Shown here: positions 18,201-27,761 of the stretch, piece after piece
Numbering within the stretch: position 1 is the stretch's first letter
How the letters are laid out: each line of letters starts with the position of its first letter
DNA from: Chitinophagales bacterium
GTDB taxonomy: Bacteria > Bacteroidota > Bacteroidia > Chitinophagales > UBA8649
Length of the DNA stretch: 64,000 nt
Direction of reading: 5' to 3'
NCBI GenBank assembly: GCA_020635975.1
Contig: JACJYT010000008.1
Span: 2,443-66,442 of the forward strand
The notes under the pieces: generated by a model
Seen by the model: only the letters and a program-made list of their open reading frames with translations
Told to the model about the DNA's origin: nothing
Databases searched by the model: none
Made by a program: the position numbers and the translations under genes

Positions 18201-20387
18201 AAGTGAACTAGCGTAGTTATTATTGCTTAAGCTTTGATAAAAATTGCTTGTGTAAACATTTAAAGAAGAAGAAGAAGATAAATCGGTGGTCGACAAATAA
18301 GCAATGGCTCCTTTTTGGTTTTGAAAAACAAAGCGCTCACTGATACTTTCTGAACCACCATGAATTAAGCCGGAGTTGCAACCATTGGCTAGAAATACAG
18401 GATATTTCCCCAGGTTGGTATAGTTTTCTGGATCGTCGAAACTCAAATCGAATCCACCAGCGTAGGAGTGTCCAAAGAAGGTAATTAAGGAAACCCCATC
18501 GTTAATTCTATTTCTAATCAACTCGGAAGGTAAGGTTTGGATAGGAGCACTAGAATTTTTAAAAACGGAACTAATTTCTGCACCCCAAGATGTTCCCTTT
18601 GCGGTATTGGCATAGCTATTTAAGTAGGCTTTAAATAGGGTTTGTTGACCAATATCGGTTCCTCCACCTAGATGAATAATTTGTTTCATGAAATCTTTTT
18701 GAGCCACCGTTTGATATGGGTCCCCAAAATGGTAAAACTGATCATCGTATTCTTCAATTTTTTGAAGATAGGTACTTATCTGGGAAACACTGCTTGCGGC
18801 TAATCGACCAATGGCAATTTTTGGAACCGAAGATGCGGTATCTGCAGCTAGTAAGATATCGCTACCTGGGTTACCAAAAGTAGGAATTAAGCATTTTTGA
18901 CGGGTAGTAAGATTTGCGGCAGAACGGATTTCTTCGTATTCTCTTGCTTTACCAATAATGAATAGATATTTCGGAGTGATGGTCCAATTATCACTAGCAA
19001 AGTCTACAAAATTTCGAATCGCTTGAGGATGTCTATCAATTCCGTAGCCAAATTGGTCGTAGAGTTGATTTACATCCACTAGAACTACATCATGACTACC
19101 ACCATTCATGCTTTCTCTATGACTAATATATTCGTTGATTTGTGGGGTAGAGATAAACTTCTTGTTGGTAAGAAGAATATAGTCTCCTTGTCGGTTAAGT
19201 TGAGAAAAATTGACAAAGGAAATCTGTTCTAATTCGGTAATACTCGTGTAATTACTAGAATTGTTGGCACGAATTAAGAGCTTTCTTGTTCCATTAGAAG
19301 CAGGAAGCACAAAGCGATGTGCGTTTGCACCAGGAGCATCTAAAGCACTCAGTCTATAGCCGTTAGTTAGGTCGTATAGAATAGGATAAGTACCTTGTTC
19401 ATCTAAATTTTCTATTTCTAGGTATTGCCTATTTCCATTTCCTGCTATACTAAACACCAAGTTCGTTCTGTTGTTAAAGTTGTAGGACCTAGGGTAAGTT
19501 AAAGAATAATAGGCTGGGTTATTTCTGTTCGTACTAGAGCTTGTTGGATGGGCCTCAAAATTTACCGAACTTGTTCCGTTGCTTAATAAACTAGCGGGAT
19601 AGACAGAGGTGGTTTTAACGACATCGTAATCGTTAAACTGGTGGGTAGATAGGGTAGTATTTCCACTTTTTATACTAAAATCATGTGCACCGCTGGTCCA
19701 TGAAACAATAACCGTTTTGAGCTCGCCATCTATGCCTGGATAGAGCATTTCTGTATTGGCATTGTTTGTAAACAAGGGACTAGTATTATTGAATTGTGTG
19801 CCCGAATAAAATCCTTCTCCCTTATCGAATAAAGAATTATACAAAGCTGTCGGATTCGAACTACCACCAACATAGTAGCTTTGTCCAACGCTGAAAGAAC
19901 CAGTATAAATTCTTTCATAGGTGTACATAAAATAGTTTTCTTTACTTGGAAGATTACTTAAATCATTAGTAATGTTGTTAATTCTAGCATTTGCGCCTGT
20001 CTCATTCCAGGTTAAATAGTAAACAGCAGTATCCGAAAATAAACTGTATCTATCGGTTAACTGATACGAAGGATCTCTAAAAAGTCGAGTGTCTAATTTA
20101 CCATCATTAGGGTAAGCGTAAAATTCGATAAAGCTGGCTACGTTGTTGCTTTGTTGAACATAAATTGGAACTTGCACACCATCCCTAAAAACTCTAAAAT
20201 TATCTGGGTCGATAAAATTGAGACCATATTGATTTAGGGCTGCAGTTTCTATTCGGTGAATACCCTCATTAGTTACTTTTATTTTGAAATAATTTTGTGT
20301 GAAATTAATCCACTCATTGCCGTATGGCTGCGCATATAAGCTAGCACAAAGTATCAAAAAAAGAAATATAAGTAGCTGTTTTCTCAT
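15300..20387 (-). CDS. very large C25 (gingipain/PorU-like) cysteine peptidase family protein with C-terminal T9SS-type sorting domain
   Basis: 1695 aa with a signal peptide. Putative catalytic His and Cys in LITFFGHSYAGG and PVFLANGCNSG. The C-terminus NYPNPFTTRTQFIFTL...GVYFYQVKT looks like a T9SS/FlgD-Ig-like CTD. The ATG overlaps the upstream stop (ATGA). Confidence 0.8.
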   Translation of the reverse strand: MRKQLLIFLFLILCASLYAQPYGNEWINFTQNYFKIKVTNEGIHRIETAALNQYGLNFIDPDNFRVFRDGVQVPIYVQQSNNVASFIEFYAYPNDGKLDTRLFRDPSYQLTDRYSLFSDTAVYYLTWNETGANARINNITNDLSNLPSKENYFMYTYERIYTGSFSVGQSYYVGGSSNPTALYNSLFDKGEGFYSGTQFNNTSPLFTNNANTEMLYPGIDGELKTVIVSWTSGAHDFSIKSGNTTLSTHQFNDYDVVKTTSVYPASLLSNGTSSVNFEAHPTSSSTNRNNPAYYSLTYPRSYNFNNRTNLVFSIAGNGNRQYLEIENLDEQGTYPILYDLTNGYRLSALDAPGANAHRFVLPASNGTRKLLIRANNSSNYTSITELEQISFVNFSQLNRQGDYILLTNKKFISTPQINEYISHRESMNGGSHDVVLVDVNQLYDQFGYGIDRHPQAIRNFVDFASDNWTITPKYLFIIGKAREYEEIRSAANLTTRQKCLIPTFGNPGSDILLAADTASSVPKIAIGRLAASSVSQISTYLQKIEEYDDQFYHFGDPYQTVAQKDFMKQIIHLGGGTDIGQQTLFKAYLNSYANTAKGTSWGAEISSVFKNSSAPIQTLPSELIRNRINDGVSLITFFGHSYAGGFDLSFDDPENYTNLGKYPVFLANGCNSGLIHGGSESISERFVFQNQKGAIAYLSTTDLSSSSSLNVYTSNFYQSLSNNNYASSLGEVIQQTIQNVENCCGNNPVDMMVAQEMTLHGDPALPFNQYEEPDYAIEAQNVFFTPNNISTSIDSFTVNLLVYNLGKAINDSIDIELTRIFPNGNQEVITKKFPAPYHKDTFSINLAVNGSSSGLGLNHFNIFIDASNEINNELSETNNYLLNNLSLFIGSDDIYPIYPYEFAIVPNQNTTLKASTGNPFEVEKRYVFQMDTSELFLAPLAEYKVFSTGGVVEWPNPINMVDSTVYYWRVSVDSSSSSSYKWNYSSFIYLNGEFPGWNQSHYYQWQKDKFETIYLDTDREFKFIDVPREVYVKTGLYPNLFYEEMEWKLDGAQMHNWKMNNCGGGVGFPNGLSIAVINNITGTPLYLTNNSSTSSYGPYGNIHCSGIENVITVANFRASGNTPTNHPTPGIPWSNLILDYLNNVPSDHYVLIYSINNPNYSNWSPNLVAYLNNLACPVNNTTDGPMIFVYQKNNTSFNPIVNIGASFNDIITNTFSINGIWSSGNFKSTLIGPASAWGSFHWDFEAKENPSQDVQSVNIIGVDNAGVENTLYTVSSASLDTSLQGINAQVYPYLRLQWNSSDDLDRTPMQAKYWRVLYDKAPEVAINPKKYFSVNKDSLMQGEVWHFEVALENVSEIDMDSMTVKQSIIDNGNNASISYAKYDSALAFDTLHLSYALNTISANYLGKNTLILEANPFEQNYQIEQFHFNNFATYNFFVEGDNTNPLLDVSFDGRKILDGDLVSAKPEILIQLKDENQFLALDDTSLIDIYFRYLGTDGSTPGSLWRVNYNDVGTQFIPAESNKNIAKVIVKEEFPLDGLYELVVRSKDKSGNNSSSTQDRLIDLQYYDYKISFQVENRSMISNVLNYPNPFTTRTQFIFTLTGSEIPDYFEIVIMNIKGTVVKQIRQDEIGPIHIGLNKTDYWWDGKDQYGDPLANGVYFYQVKTSINNESIDRYDIQQVDRFFKKGLGKMVLIR

Positions 20388-21505
20388 AAGCTTTCTTGAT
20401 TTTCAGACTTTTTCTTTTTTGGGAAGCCAAAATGAGCAGAGATTACATTGCTGTAAAACACTTCACTTTCGCCAAGATTAGTAAAGGCATAATCTACATG
20501 GAAGCCTTTAATGTTTAATCCCACTCCAATATTCGGTTGCACTTGTAATTTGTCCTTCCCATCGCTCTGCGAAATCCATTGGAAATTTCCAATTCCTGAT
20601 CGGAGGTAAATAATGTTTTTGTAGTTTAACTCTAAGCCAAAACTAGCATCAAAACTCATAGGATCTGTTCGAAAAAGTACATTTCTTCTTCCATCGGTGT
20701 TGCTAATAATATTTAATTCTGGTTCTATGTAGAATTTATCCTTAATATTAAATTTATAGCCAAGACCTGCGGTGAAAGTTGGTAAAGTAAGTTCTAAAGA
20801 GTTTTCTGGAACCAAGTTTCCCGTAGCTTGCAAAACATCTGCTTCTTCATCTGTAAAGCTAAAAGACCAAGCATTATAAGTGCTTGAAATATCTCTAGCT
20901 GTTAAACCAAATTGCCATCCTTTTTTTCGATATTGTAAACCAGCATCAATTCCAAAACCCCATGCAGTAGCAAAGCTGCCTACTTTTTTATGAATTATTT
21001 TTACATTGCCTCCAACTGACAAACCTTCTATCTTAAATTTTTGTGCATAAGTCAGTAAGAGGGCATATTCGCCAACAGAAAAACGACTGATATTATCGTA
21101 GTTCGGTGGATTGTCTGTTCCAGAAGGAAAGAGAAAAAGTGTATTTGGAATATCATCTATACCAAAGCGATAAAAGGTTAGACCTAAACTTCTTTTCTCA
21201 CTTTCTAGAGGTATGGCCAAGCCTAAATAATCAATTTTAGCTATTCCAGCAAAATACTCACTGTGCATATAGCCTAGTTGAAAAGCATCTTTTATATGAG
21301 CTAAGCCCGCAGGATTATAGTACATGCTATATAAGTCGCTTGTTCCAGCTACTCTCGCATTACTCATTGCCATTCCAGATGCCCCCATACCTAGATTTAG
21401 GAATTCATTGGAATACTTTCTTGCTTTTTGAGCAAACGTGAAACTTAGTATGCCTGTAAACAGTATAAATACAAAGAGTTTTTTATGTAGCATTTTTAAG
21501 TGCAT
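20384..21505 (-). CDS. PorV/PorQ-family outer-membrane beta-barrel protein
   Basis: Signal peptide, then N-terminal FLNLGMGASGMAMSNARVAGTSDLYSMYYNPAGLA typical of the PorV/PorQ family, then alternating beta-strand pattern. An alternative ATG at 21493 is possible. Confidence 0.6.
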   Translation of the reverse strand: MHLKMLHKKLFVFILFTGILSFTFAQKARKYSNEFLNLGMGASGMAMSNARVAGTSDLYSMYYNPAGLAHIKDAFQLGYMHSEYFAGIAKIDYLGLAIPLESEKRSLGLTFYRFGIDDIPNTLFLFPSGTDNPPNYDNISRFSVGEYALLLTYAQKFKIEGLSVGGNVKIIHKKVGSFATAWGFGIDAGLQYRKKGWQFGLTARDISSTYNAWSFSFTDEEADVLQATGNLVPENSLELTLPTFTAGLGYKFNIKDKFYIEPELNIISNTDGRRNVLFRTDPMSFDASFGLELNYKNIIYLRSGIGNFQWISQSDGKDKLQVQPNIGVGLNIKGFHVDYAFTNLGESEVFYSNVISAHFGFPKKKKSENQESL

Positions 21506-22142
21506 TGGTTAATTCATTAAAAAAAGACGGCAAACTTTCTTCTAAATTTCCCTGGAAAGAATCTATTAGAAGTTCCCAATTTTTTGATTTAAAATTAATA
21601 CCTAAGCGCTTTCCGAGAATTTGTTCGAGAGCTTCAATTATCCCTGAATTTTCTCTTAAGCGATAGCCGTATTCGTTTTCTATAAAACCCTTAAAAATAA
21701 GATTTATTTTTGAAGAATTCTTTAAATTAAGCTCATAATGTAGTTTATTCAAAATATTTTCTTCTTGGGCCACTCTTAAGCTTTGGTAGAATTTTTCTGC
21801 AAGCGCATCTTCCTTTAGAAGAAGGTAGCGGTCCATCATAAGTTCTAAAAGGATATGGGCCACTACATAGCTTCTTTCTTGAGGGAGTTCCCTTTCTTCG
21901 ATGCTGCTTTTTATACGCTTACAATACCTTTCAAAAAAGATGTGCTTATGGAACAAACTATCGCTTTTTAGGTGGAATTCTATGCCTTGAAAAATCTCGT
22001 GAGAATGAAGATCTTTTCTATGCTGCAGTTCTTGATTATAAACTTTAGAAAAGCCTCGCATTAGATCGGGAAGCAAATTACCAAAGGCCATATCGTGCTT
22101 TTCCTTGTAGGGTAACAAGTAATAATGCGCTAAAAAATTCAT
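21483..22142 (-). CDS. acpH: acyl carrier protein phosphodiesterase
   Basis: N-terminus MNFLAHYYLL...GNLLPDLMRG resembles E. coli AcpH (MNFLAHLHL...GNLLADFVRG). Confidence 0.65.
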   Translation of the reverse strand: MNFLAHYYLLPYKEKHDMAFGNLLPDLMRGFSKVYNQELQHRKDLHSHEIFQGIEFHLKSDSLFHKHIFFERYCKRIKSSIEERELPQERSYVVAHILLELMMDRYLLLKEDALAEKFYQSLRVAQEENILNKLHYELNLKNSSKINLIFKGFIENEYGYRLRENSGIIEALEQILGKRLGINFKSKNWELLIDSFQGNLEESLPSFFNELTNALKNAT

Positions 22143-22190
22143 ATTCTTGTAACGACGAACTTAGCTTTTAGTTTTAGTAGAGTAGAACTT

Positions 22191-24068
22191 TTATTCAAAA
22201 AAGCGCCAAATTAATCCACCTGCAAAGGTTCTGCCTCTATCCGGATAGTTTAAGGCAGTAAAATAGTTACTTTGTATTAGACCTTCGTTTATGTAATTTG
22301 CCTTGGCAAAAACTCTTAAGGTTTTTACTTTAAAGCTTAAGAAAACATCTAACACAGGAGTGAACTTCATGTTTTGCTGATCTTGAATATAGAATTGTCC
22401 GATCAAAGGATTCCAAGCATTAATAGCGAAGTTAGAATTATAGCGCAAGTCTAGTCCAAATCGACCTAGCATATTGCCTTTAAAGATTTTGCCTTCTATA
22501 TACAAGCTAGATTTTAAATAAACTAATGGCAGGCGAATAGCTTCTGTGGAATTAGTACCTTGCAAGCCAATAAAATTGTCGAAATGCAAAATTTTAAATT
22601 GTAAATCTTTACTAAAATAAGTCTGCCAATAATGACTTACACCATTTAGTTGTTCCGGTTTTGATTCTTGATTGAAATAGATGAAATTGCTTAAGATATT
22701 GTATTCGGCGTGGGCCTTAAATTGAAACTTTTTCAAGGCATAATCCAACGCAAAGCGCGTTCTTTGTTTCTTCTTAAAATTGTTTTCCCAACTAGCTGAT
22801 TCTCTGGTATAAAGACTTGCCTCTATCCAACTTGCTTCTTGTAGTTCGGAAGATGCTGCTAGGCTAAACTCTCCGAATTTCTCTAAGTTATAAGAGAATC
22901 TAGCATCAATTTTCCAGTCATTTTGATTATAGCCTGTAATAAAATAATAAGCACTTAGGTCGTAATTCCAAGCTTTGGATGCTTCGAGGGTACTCCTAAT
23001 TTGGGTTGCAATATGTAAGTTGTTGGTCGTGAATTCTGCACCATTTTGCCATAGTTCTATGTTATCGTGTTGCAGACTAAGTTCTGTACCAAAGTTTCTA
23101 TAGCTCAAACTATCTCGATTCTTTTTTAAGCCAGAATAAGAAAGACTTAACTTATTTGGAATTTGGTGGTAGTATAAGCGATAGTAGGTGGAATCGGTAT
23201 TTTGAAAAAAATCTCCATAGTAGTCAAGCGTGGCATCCTTATCTACAAAAGCATAGGTGTTTTTTTGTGTTCCTGTGCTGTAGCTAAGACTATAGGATGG
23301 ATGGAATTTTTTAAGGGCTAAACTATCCGAAATAGAATCGATGGTATAATAGCCAAAATTATACACATTACTGATGAGCATGTCAAAGTTCTTGTGCTCC
23401 GTTAAACCTTCAGCAATTCTTATGGCATAGAATTCTTTATTTGATTCTAGATTCGATCTATCGTTAATAAAATCGACTTGCAGTCCACCGTTTTCTTCAG
23501 TTTTTACCTTGCTAAAAGCCATGTCGAGCTTTAAGTTATATCGACTATTCTTTGAACTATAGATGCCGTATAAAGAGAAGTCGCCGTTTTTAGCCCTTAT
23601 TTTTCTATAGACGCCATTGGATAAAACTCTATGGAAATTAAGACCATATTCTAAGCGATTTTTAACATTTTGTGCAAAGGATGCCCCAAAAATATTCTCT
23701 CTTTTACTACCCATGTAATAGTAGATTTCTGAGTAGGGCTTATGGATTTTGTAATACTTTATTTTTTCTCTATCAAATTTGTACAAATCAAAGTGAGTCA
23801 TGCCACTTTTAAATCCTTTTTGATCGTCCCATTCAAGACTTAAAGATTGATGCGCTTGCCCAGTGTTTCCCAAATTAAAACTTTCCCAAGTGTCTTTGCG
23901 CATGAAGTTGTATTCTTCCATATTGTTTAAGCTAGAATCGATAGCGATAAGCTTATAGGCTTCCTCGTGGGTATAATAATATTGAGTTTCTGTATGTTGG
24001 GCTTTTGCGCAACTTGCAGAAATTATGCTGAATAAGAGGAAAATAATATCGTGCTTGCTTAGCTTCAA
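22191..24068 (-). CDS. putative outer-membrane beta-barrel protein (putative-porin family)
   Basis: 625 aa with a signal peptide and a Tyr/Phe/Asn-rich alternating pattern throughout. Confidence 0.55.
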   Translation of the reverse strand: MKLSKHDIIFLLFSIISASCAKAQHTETQYYYTHEEAYKLIAIDSSLNNMEEYNFMRKDTWESFNLGNTGQAHQSLSLEWDDQKGFKSGMTHFDLYKFDREKIKYYKIHKPYSEIYYYMGSKRENIFGASFAQNVKNRLEYGLNFHRVLSNGVYRKIRAKNGDFSLYGIYSSKNSRYNLKLDMAFSKVKTEENGGLQVDFINDRSNLESNKEFYAIRIAEGLTEHKNFDMLISNVYNFGYYTIDSISDSLALKKFHPSYSLSYSTGTQKNTYAFVDKDATLDYYGDFFQNTDSTYYRLYYHQIPNKLSLSYSGLKKNRDSLSYRNFGTELSLQHDNIELWQNGAEFTTNNLHIATQIRSTLEASKAWNYDLSAYYFITGYNQNDWKIDARFSYNLEKFGEFSLAASSELQEASWIEASLYTRESASWENNFKKKQRTRFALDYALKKFQFKAHAEYNILSNFIYFNQESKPEQLNGVSHYWQTYFSKDLQFKILHFDNFIGLQGTNSTEAIRLPLVYLKSSLYIEGKIFKGNMLGRFGLDLRYNSNFAINAWNPLIGQFYIQDQQNMKFTPVLDVFLSFKVKTLRVFAKANYINEGLIQSNYFTALNYPDRGRTFAGGLIWRFFE

Positions 24069-24090
24069 GAATTCTTGCTTTTACTATCTA

Positions 24091-24918
24091 TTAGAAAGAA
24101 ATTTCCCGAATTAATTCTTTAATTATCAAACTCATCTTTGGCTCAGCTTCCTTCGCTGCAGCAATTACCATATCATGATTAATATCGAACATGGCCTCTG
24201 GGGGATAGCCACAATCTGAAATTACGGATATACCGAAAACTTCTAAGCCACAATGTCTAGCGGCTATCACTTCAGGTACCGTACTCATGCCAACTGCATC
24301 GCCTCCAAGTATATGAAATGCTTTATATTCTGCTGGGGTTTCAAATGTTGGTCCTTGCACACCCACATAAACTCCTTGGTGACAAGTAATATTGTTTTCT
24401 TTTGCAATTCTACTTGCTATTTCAACGTACTTAGGATTGTAAGCTTTGAGCATGTCGGGAAAACGAGGACCTAATCTTTCGTCATTTTTACCTCGTAGGG
24501 GGTGTACTGGTTGTAGGTTGATATGGTCGGTTATAATCATTAAATCTCCCACTCTTTGAGCTGGGTTCATTCCTCCAGAAGCATTGGAAATAACTACCAA
24601 TTTGCAACCTAAAAACTTCATAACACGAATAGGGAAAACTACCTGCTCCATTTCGTATCCCTCATAGTAATGAAACCTACCACTCATTGCCATAACTTTT
24701 TTACCAGCTATGCTGCCAAAAAGTAATTTGCCGCTGTGTCCTTTTACAGTTACAATGGGAAAATTGGGAATGTCTTCATAAGCCAACTCGAACTCGAGAT
24801 CGATCTCTGAGCTAAAATTTCCTAAACCACTTCCAAGAACAATCCCTATTTCGGGATTAAAATCTTGAATAGATTGAATATACTTAACGGTTTCTTCTAT
24901 GCTTTCTATACTATTCAT
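24091..24918 (-). CDS. purine nucleoside phosphorylase (trimeric PNP/PunA type)
   Basis: Motifs GIVLGSGLG, MSGRFHYYEGY, ISNASGG, VGMSTVPE. Confidence 0.9.
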   Translation of the reverse strand: MNSIESIEETVKYIQSIQDFNPEIGIVLGSGLGNFSSEIDLEFELAYEDIPNFPIVTVKGHSGKLLFGSIAGKKVMAMSGRFHYYEGYEMEQVVFPIRVMKFLGCKLVVISNASGGMNPAQRVGDLMIITDHINLQPVHPLRGKNDERLGPRFPDMLKAYNPKYVEIASRIAKENNITCHQGVYVGVQGPTFETPAEYKAFHILGGDAVGMSTVPEVIAARHCGLEVFGISVISDCGYPPEAMFDINHDMVIAAAKEAEPKMSLIIKELIREISF

Positions 24919-24932
24919 ATTGCCTACTTAAT

Positions 24933-26009
24933 TTATGCTTGCTGATAATCTTCCAAGCTTTTTTCTATGTAAAATTTTATAATGTTTTCAAATCGTTCTT
25001 TCTCCTCCCCAAAATTAATCTTTATTGGTAAACATATAACAGGGATTTTAGCTTCATTAAAGCTAGCGGCATATTCCTGTAATCTTGGTAGATCTTTTTC
25101 TGTGGTAACTAAATACTTAGTATCTCCCGGAATATTGTTGTAAGTCTGAATTATCGACTCAATATCCTGAGTACTAAAGTAATGATGGTCGCTAAAGCTT
25201 CTACTAAAAACTTCTTCAAAATCTTCTTTTAATTTCTCTTCGATTTTTGAATTATTGGCGATGCCACTAAGCAGCAGAATCTTACTCTTGCTGGGTAGTT
25301 GAACTGGGCTAGGTATGCCTTGAAAAACCTGGTAATAGGGAAGATATTGAAGCGAAGAGAAGAATACATGTTGATATGTCTCTAGTTGCAGCTCTTGTTT
25401 TATCTTTGCTTTTTCCTCGAGGCTTAGATTTAGTGGACAATGACTTACAACGATAATATCTGCTCTTTTAGCTCCACTCGAAAACTCTCTTAAATTACCC
25501 CAAGGAAGTAATTCGTCTCTTGTATATAAGAGGTGATAAGGACTTAAGATGATGTTTAATCCTGCACGAACGGAGCGATGTTGAAATCCATCATCCATAA
25601 GAACTACAAAATTGCTTTCTTTTTCACTCAGTAATTGCGGGATGGCGAGAGCTCTATTTTCTGCAACTACTACCTCTATATCTGGGTGTTTCCATTTACA
25701 TAATAAGGCTTCATCGCCTACCTCTTTAGCGGTGCTGTTGGTAAGAACTTCTCTAAAGCCCGATGTGCTTCTTCGGTAACCTCTACTTAAAACGCCAAGG
25801 GGATATTGATTTTTAAGGAACTGAATCAAGTAATCTACATGTGGTGTCTTTCCTGAACCTCCTGTACTAAGATTTCCCACACAAATAATGGGCGAGTCAA
25901 AATAAACTGGTCGCAATAATTTTTGAGCATAGAGAAAATTAATGCAAGCAATTACAAAAGCATAGATTGCAACAAAAGGACTTAAAAATATTTTGGCAAG
26001 TAGCTTCAT
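24933..26009 (-). CDS. lpxK: tetraacyldisaccharide 4'-kinase
   Basis: N-terminal TM helix and P-loop VGNLSTGGSGKTP, followed by LSRGYRR. Confidence 0.9.
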   Translation of the reverse strand: MKLLAKIFLSPFVAIYAFVIACINFLYAQKLLRPVYFDSPIICVGNLSTGGSGKTPHVDYLIQFLKNQYPLGVLSRGYRRSTSGFREVLTNSTAKEVGDEALLCKWKHPDIEVVVAENRALAIPQLLSEKESNFVVLMDDGFQHRSVRAGLNIILSPYHLLYTRDELLPWGNLREFSSGAKRADIIVVSHCPLNLSLEEKAKIKQELQLETYQHVFFSSLQYLPYYQVFQGIPSPVQLPSKSKILLLSGIANNSKIEEKLKEDFEEVFSRSFSDHHYFSTQDIESIIQTYNNIPGDTKYLVTTEKDLPRLQEYAASFNEAKIPVICLPIKINFGEEKERFENIIKFYIEKSLEDYQQA

Positions 26010-26015
26010 GAAGTT

Positions 26016-26684
26016 TTAGGACAAGGCCCTTCTTAGAAAAAGATTGAACTTATGGGCGCTTTTTAAAATGGCAGCAAGTTGTTGAACGGCATCTTCCTCA
26101 AAAATTATATTGGGAGATAAATCTTTCATATAATAGAATCCCTTGTTGAAAAGTAGTTGTTGCTTCTTAGCGTCTTCTTGGAATTCTTTGGGCAAAACTT
26201 TGCCTTTTTCTCCTAAGATTTCAGGAAAATTTGCTTTAAAGTTTTTTTCATCAATTAGCGCTTGAAATTCTTCTAAATTATAGGAAATTTCTTGTCGCAC
26301 TTTATAGAGATTCTCTTTTTCTAAAAAGTAGACTCCACCACCTACCATGCATTTCTCTGGGGAAAGAAAGAGGTAAAATCCTGGGTAAACTTTATCTTTT
26401 CTACCATACTTAGAAATTAAGGCCGTTCTATTCGTTTTGTAAGGGGTTTTATCTGCACTAAAACGAATATCTCTATTAATTCTGAATATGGCATCGCTGG
26501 CTTTGAGAGAAAGTTCCGTATCGAAATTGGAAAGCTCTAAAATTAAGGCTTCCACAAAATTCTCGAAAGCTTCTTTAACGCTTTTTGTATACCTCTTTTT
26601 GTTGAGGTCCATCCAATCTTTATGATTGTTGGCGGCTAGTTCAATGAAAAAATCATGAAAATCTTGTGTAAAATAGTTTGGCAT
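26016..26684 (-). CDS. DUF2461 (TIGR02453) family protein
   Basis: NNHKDWMDLNKKRY and FRINRDIRFSADKTPYKT are characteristic of the family. Confidence 0.75.
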   Translation of the reverse strand: MPNYFTQDFHDFFIELAANNHKDWMDLNKKRYTKSVKEAFENFVEALILELSNFDTELSLKASDAIFRINRDIRFSADKTPYKTNRTALISKYGRKDKVYPGFYLFLSPEKCMVGGGVYFLEKENLYKVRQEISYNLEEFQALIDEKNFKANFPEILGEKGKVLPKEFQEDAKKQQLLFNKGFYYMKDLSPNIIFEEDAVQQLAAILKSAHKFNLFLRRALS

Positions 26685-26685
26685 T

Positions 26686-27690
26686 CTACAAAGATAATAA
26701 GAATTGCAAAGTATCTATATGGTCTGCGTAATCCGCTAACTCAGGCTCTTGACTTTTACCAAAAGGCTCGCTTTTCCAATGCTCAGAAGGCTTGCTTACC
26801 ACCACTTGAAGTTCTTCGTGGTGCTTGATGATATAATCTTGGACTTCCGTTTCATTTTTGTAAAATGAATAGTGTATTGTTGCCAAGCGACTGTGAAGGC
26901 TTGGGTCTTCCTTTACCATAAGAAAATCGTTGGCGAGATGTTCTTCTAAGTTCATTAAAAGCAGCGTGCGGTTATAATCGTAATTGTCTTTGTATAGATT
27001 GTGCTCTGCGAAATGTTTGTAATTATCTAAGTAGGGAAACAAACTCGCTATATCATAGCCTTTAGGAAGAAAGAGTTTTGAAACATTTCTACAACCCAGT
27101 CCGAAATACATAAAAATATCTTTGGCGAGAAGATGTAAATCTTGTGCTGTTTCTGTACCATTTAACACGGCTATACTCGAACGATTCTTGCGCAAGATAT
27201 GGGGCACCTTACTAAAATATTGTTCGAAATAACGATTGGAATTATCGCTACCTGTAGCAATTACAGCATCAAATGCTGCCAAGCGATCTACAATGCTTGC
27301 TTTCCAAGTGATATCTAATTCTTTTAACTGCTTTATGATAAAACCCATTAGAACTTCATCTTTTGAGCTGAGTTTTACTTGTACCTCTGCATTTACAAGG
27401 AAGGCACAGAGTAAATCATGAAAACCGACCAAGGGAATGTTGCCGGCAAGAATTAGACCTAGTTTCTTTTCACACGCTTTTAATTGGTAAGAAGCTAACC
27501 AAGCTTCTAATTTAGTTGGGTCTAGAAAATGATTACGAATAGCAGCTAAACTTGCCTCGATGTGTTCTTTAGAAAACCATTTATTTTTAATCTCCGCCAG
27601 GCGTATAATATCCTCTAGAGCAGGATTCTTTGGGTTAAGAATTTCTTTTAATTCTTGGAGTCTTTCAATTTTGTATTCCATCAAATTCAT
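26686..27690 (-). CDS. acyl-CoA reductase (LuxC-like) family protein
   Basis: Track ORF 26686..27708 begins at TTG; I used ATG 27688-27690 (MNLMEYK). ILAGNIPLVGFHDLL and the overall size resemble Bacteroidota LuxC-like proteins. Confidence 0.55.
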   Translation of the reverse strand: MNLMEYKIERLQELKEILNPKNPALEDIIRLAEIKNKWFSKEHIEASLAAIRNHFLDPTKLEAWLASYQLKACEKKLGLILAGNIPLVGFHDLLCAFLVNAEVQVKLSSKDEVLMGFIIKQLKELDITWKASIVDRLAAFDAVIATGSDNSNRYFEQYFSKVPHILRKNRSSIAVLNGTETAQDLHLLAKDIFMYFGLGCRNVSKLFLPKGYDIASLFPYLDNYKHFAEHNLYKDNYDYNRTLLLMNLEEHLANDFLMVKEDPSLHSRLATIHYSFYKNETEVQDYIIKHHEELQVVVSKPSEHWKSEPFGKSQEPELADYADHIDTLQFLLSL

Positions 27691-27761
27691 GCGGCAAAGA
27701 TAGAACAAAAATTCATCGAGCTAGTGCTAGCTTAGGTCTAAATTATTTAAGTTTTGTTCTA

